Assembly: GCA_051748705.1 (NCBI GenBank)
Contig: JBNJHQ010000001.1
Coordinates: 1 to 45,862 of the forward strand
Direction of reading: 5' to 3'
Source of the DNA: Bacteroidota bacterium
GTDB lineage: Bacteria > Bacteroidota > Bacteroidia > Bacteroidales > VadinHA17
Length of the DNA stretch: 45,862 nt
Below are positions 43,451 to 45,862 of the stretch, piece by piece; position 1 is the first letter of the stretch, and each line of letters opens with the position of its first letter. A program made the position numbers and the translations under genes. Below the pieces are notes generated by a model. That model was not told the origin of the DNA, ran no database searches, and saw only the letters and a program-made list of their open reading frames with translations.

Positions 43451-45604
43451 TTATTCCTCTTCCTCTTCAGCCTGGTAAGCTTTTATTACTGCATCCTGGA
43501 CATCGCCGGGCACCTGCACATATTCGGCAAATTTCATGCTGTACATTGCCCGTCCGCCTGTAAGGGAGCTGAGAGCTGTTGAATACTTATTCATTTCAGC
43601 CAGGGGAACTTTCGCTTTTACCACTTCAAAGCCTTTCTCACTGCTCATGCCCAGCACCATGCCGCGACGGCCCTGGAGGTCGCTTATAACATCACCCATC
43701 CTGTCGGAAGGTACCATTATCTCAACATCATAGACCGGCTCCAGTATTTTTGGATTGGCAGCCTTGAAGGCGGTACTGAAAGCATTCCTTCCGGCGAGTT
43801 TAAAGGAGATCTCGTTTGAATCAACCGGGTGCATTTTACCATCGTATACGTAAACCCTTATATCCCGTGCATATGAACCGGTGAGAGGCCCTTCTTCCAT
43901 CTTTTCCATTATACCCTTGAGTATGGCAGGCATAAAGCGGCCGTCAATGGAACCCCCGACAATACAGTTAATATATTCGAGCATGCCTCCCCATTCAAGC
44001 TTATGTTCTTCCTTGTTCCTGACAGACAGTTTATAGTCCTTGCCATTGACTTTCATGGCAGGGTTGGGTTGTGAACCTTCTTCATAAGGCTCGATTATCA
44101 TGTGTACTTCACCAAACTGTCCTGCTCCACCTGATTGTTTCTTATGCCTGTAATCTGCCTGGGCTGCCTTTGTAATAGTCTCCCTGTAAGGTATCTTGGG
44201 AGCATAAAATTCTGTTTCAATCTTAAAGATATTATCAAGATGCCATTTCAGAATATTCAGGTGGTATTCACCCTGACCATAGATAATGATCTGCTTCAGC
44301 TCCTTGGAGTATTCAACCAGTATGGTTGGATCTTCCTGGTGCATCCTGCTGAGTGATTCCCCAAGCTTCTCCTCGTCGCCCTCGCTCAATGGCTTGATGG
44401 CTGTACGGAACTTGGGTTCAGGGAATTTTATCCTTGGGAATTTCTGGTTGCCCTGGCTGTTAAGGGTATGATGGGTCTTGGTGTTTTTCAGCTTTACAAC
44501 AGCACCTATATCACCTGTAACAATCTCGGGTACCTTTGTCCTGTTTTTACCGGCACTCACGTATAACTGTGATAACCTTTCCTTTGTCCCGTTATTGGCA
44601 TTCACCACATCCAGGTTTTCGGTAACCTTACCTGATATGACCTTGAAATAATTTATTTCCCCAATATGATCTTCCATTGATGATTTGAAGACAAATAATG
44701 AAGTCGGTCCGTCAGGATCACTCTTTACCGCCTTACCGTCTTCCGTTGTCCATTCAGGCATATCGCCTGTTGCAGGAGCCACATTACAGATGAATTCAGT
44801 AAACCTGTCGACACCGATATTACTTTTGGCAGCCGCACAGAAAACCGGGAAAATACCCCTCTGTACCAGCCCGGTCTTTATACCGCTTCTCATCTCATCT
44901 TCGGTAAGAGTGTCATTCTCAAAAAATACCTCCATCAGCGACTCATCATTCTCAGCAGCTTTTTCGATAAGTTCCGACTGCAGTTCTGCTGCCCTGTCGG
45001 CATGCTCGGAAGGGATATCCACTTCTTCGTACTTTCCTCCTTCTTTAGGATATTTGAGCATTTTCATCTTGATAACATCGATGATTGAGTCAAATCCGTG
45101 GCCTTCATTTACCGGGTACTGCACCAGCGTGACGTTTCCACCGAAACGGTCCTTCAGCATCTCCACTGATTTATCGAAGTTTGTCTTTTCGTGATCCAGC
45201 CCGTTAATACAGATAATCAATGGTTTATTCATTTTGTCGGCATGACGGAAATGGATTTCTGTACCTACCTCAACGCCGTTCTGAACGTTTACCATTAACA
45301 CACCTGAATCGGCCACATGCAATGATGATATTACGCCACCGGCAAAATCATCAAGACCGGGAGTATCAAGGATATTGATCTTGTGGTCGCCGTATTCTGT
45401 ATAGAGAACAGAAGAGAAAATGGAATTTTCATTTTCATGCTCTATTGGCCTGTAGTCAGAAACGGTGTTTTTGTTTTCAACCGATCCTCTCCTATCAATA
45501 ACTCCGCCATTAAAGAGCATTGCTTCCGCGAAGGTGGTCTTGCCAGAACCTGAATTACCAAGAAGCGCTATCGACCTGATCTGTCCGGCTTGATATTTTT
45601 TCAT
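43451..45604 (-). CDS. Elongation factor G paralogue (EF-G2-like) with degenerate GTPase catalytic motifs
   Basis: 717 aa with five-domain EF-G architecture. G1 GNSGSGKTT is intact. G3 reads DTPGL instead of DTPGH (Leu84 codon at 45353-45355). G4 reads NGLD instead of NKxD (45194-45205). Confidence 0.9.
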   Translation of the reverse strand: MKKYQAGQIRSIALLGNSGSGKTTFAEAMLFNGGVIDRRGSVENKNTVSDYRPIEHENENSIFSSVLYTEYGDHKINILDTPGLDDFAGGVISSLHVADSGVLMVNVQNGVEVGTEIHFRHADKMNKPLIICINGLDHEKTNFDKSVEMLKDRFGGNVTLVQYPVNEGHGFDSIIDVIKMKMLKYPKEGGKYEEVDIPSEHADRAAELQSELIEKAAENDESLMEVFFENDTLTEDEMRSGIKTGLVQRGIFPVFCAAAKSNIGVDRFTEFICNVAPATGDMPEWTTEDGKAVKSDPDGPTSLFVFKSSMEDHIGEINYFKVISGKVTENLDVVNANNGTKERLSQLYVSAGKNRTKVPEIVTGDIGAVVKLKNTKTHHTLNSQGNQKFPRIKFPEPKFRTAIKPLSEGDEEKLGESLSRMHQEDPTILVEYSKELKQIIIYGQGEYHLNILKWHLDNIFKIETEFYAPKIPYRETITKAAQADYRHKKQSGGAGQFGEVHMIIEPYEEGSQPNPAMKVNGKDYKLSVRNKEEHKLEWGGMLEYINCIVGGSIDGRFMPAILKGIMEKMEEGPLTGSYARDIRVYVYDGKMHPVDSNEISFKLAGRNAFSTAFKAANPKILEPVYDVEIMVPSDRMGDVISDLQGRRGMVLGMSSEKGFEVVKAKVPLAEMNKYSTALSSLTGGRAMYSMKFAEYVQVPGDVQDAVIKAYQAEEEEE

Positions 45605-45658
45605 CCCTTAAAAGTTATTATTTAGTTATACAATATATATATACCTGTTTTGAGCGCA

Positions 45659-45666
45659 CAAAGTTA
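45659..45666 (-). promoter_or_regulatory. Candidate -7 box TAACTTTG for the EF-G paralogue
   Basis: Forward caaagtta gives TAACTTTG on the minus strand, 55 nt upstream of ATG 45604. No -33 TTTG was found. Confidence 0.3.
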
Positions 45667-45862
45667 GAAAAAATATTTCTATTTGTCATTGTCAGTAAAA
45701 TGATAATTCCTCTGAAGGCTGCTTAAAGATGCCGGGTCTGGCATAAATTTTTTCCCTGATTATTTGCAGGGTACAAAAATTTTCCTTTTCTTTGCGCCGG
45801 TTTTGGAGACCCAGGAGTACCGGTTGTTTCCTCCTAAGTGTAAGTGAATAAAAAATATTCTC

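Overview
This 45.9-kb window reads as core chromosome from an anaerobic member of the Bacteroidota. Supporting signs are TAnnTTTG -7 promoter boxes, a T9SS type-B C-terminal-domain cargo protein, DUF5683/DUF4290/DUF4168-type genes, Gln directly after most predicted signal-peptide cleavage sites, and hydF. I support about 38 protein-coding genes. I found no rRNA, tRNA, CRISPR array, transposase or integrase. From left to right the genes are: pssA; a HAD-like protein; a glutaminyl cyclase lipoprotein; a DagK-family lipid kinase; a tight parA-parB-DUF5683-LysM lytic transglycosylase-SGNH/MBOAT cluster; an aspartase-like lyase plus hydF; an outer-membrane protein of unknown family; a sigma-54 activator with no DNA-binding domain; a NatAB-like ABC-2 exporter; grpE-dnaJ; OsmC, RidA and DUF4168; DUF4290-murA; an M1 aminopeptidase; a TPP-riboswitch-controlled thiamine uptake operon (TonB-dependent receptor, PnuT, thiamine pyrophosphokinase); an M20 amidohydrolase; a PKD/T9SS cargo protein; a UvrD/PcrA helicase; a TetR-TolC-MFP-RND efflux operon ending in a small PG0541-like gene; and an EF-G paralogue tightly followed by a secreted protein of unknown function. 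The most unusual items are: (1) a single 1043-aa polypeptide fusing a periplasmic SGNH-like domain to an AlgI/PatA-type MBOAT, directly after a lytic transglycosylase; (2) an orphan hydF co-transcribed with an aspartate-ammonia-lyase paralogue; (3) an EF-G paralogue with Leu in place of the catalytic His and a degenerate NKxD motif; (4) a REC-AAA+ sigma-54 activator lacking an HTH, embedded between an ABC-2 exporter and an uncharacterised outer-membrane protein; (5) five separate short tandem-repeat arrays in intergenic DNA. All functional calls rest on motif recognition by eye. No database search was run. CDS coordinates include the stop codon. Several ORF-track starts use TTG or GTG, and I moved those to the nearest ATG.
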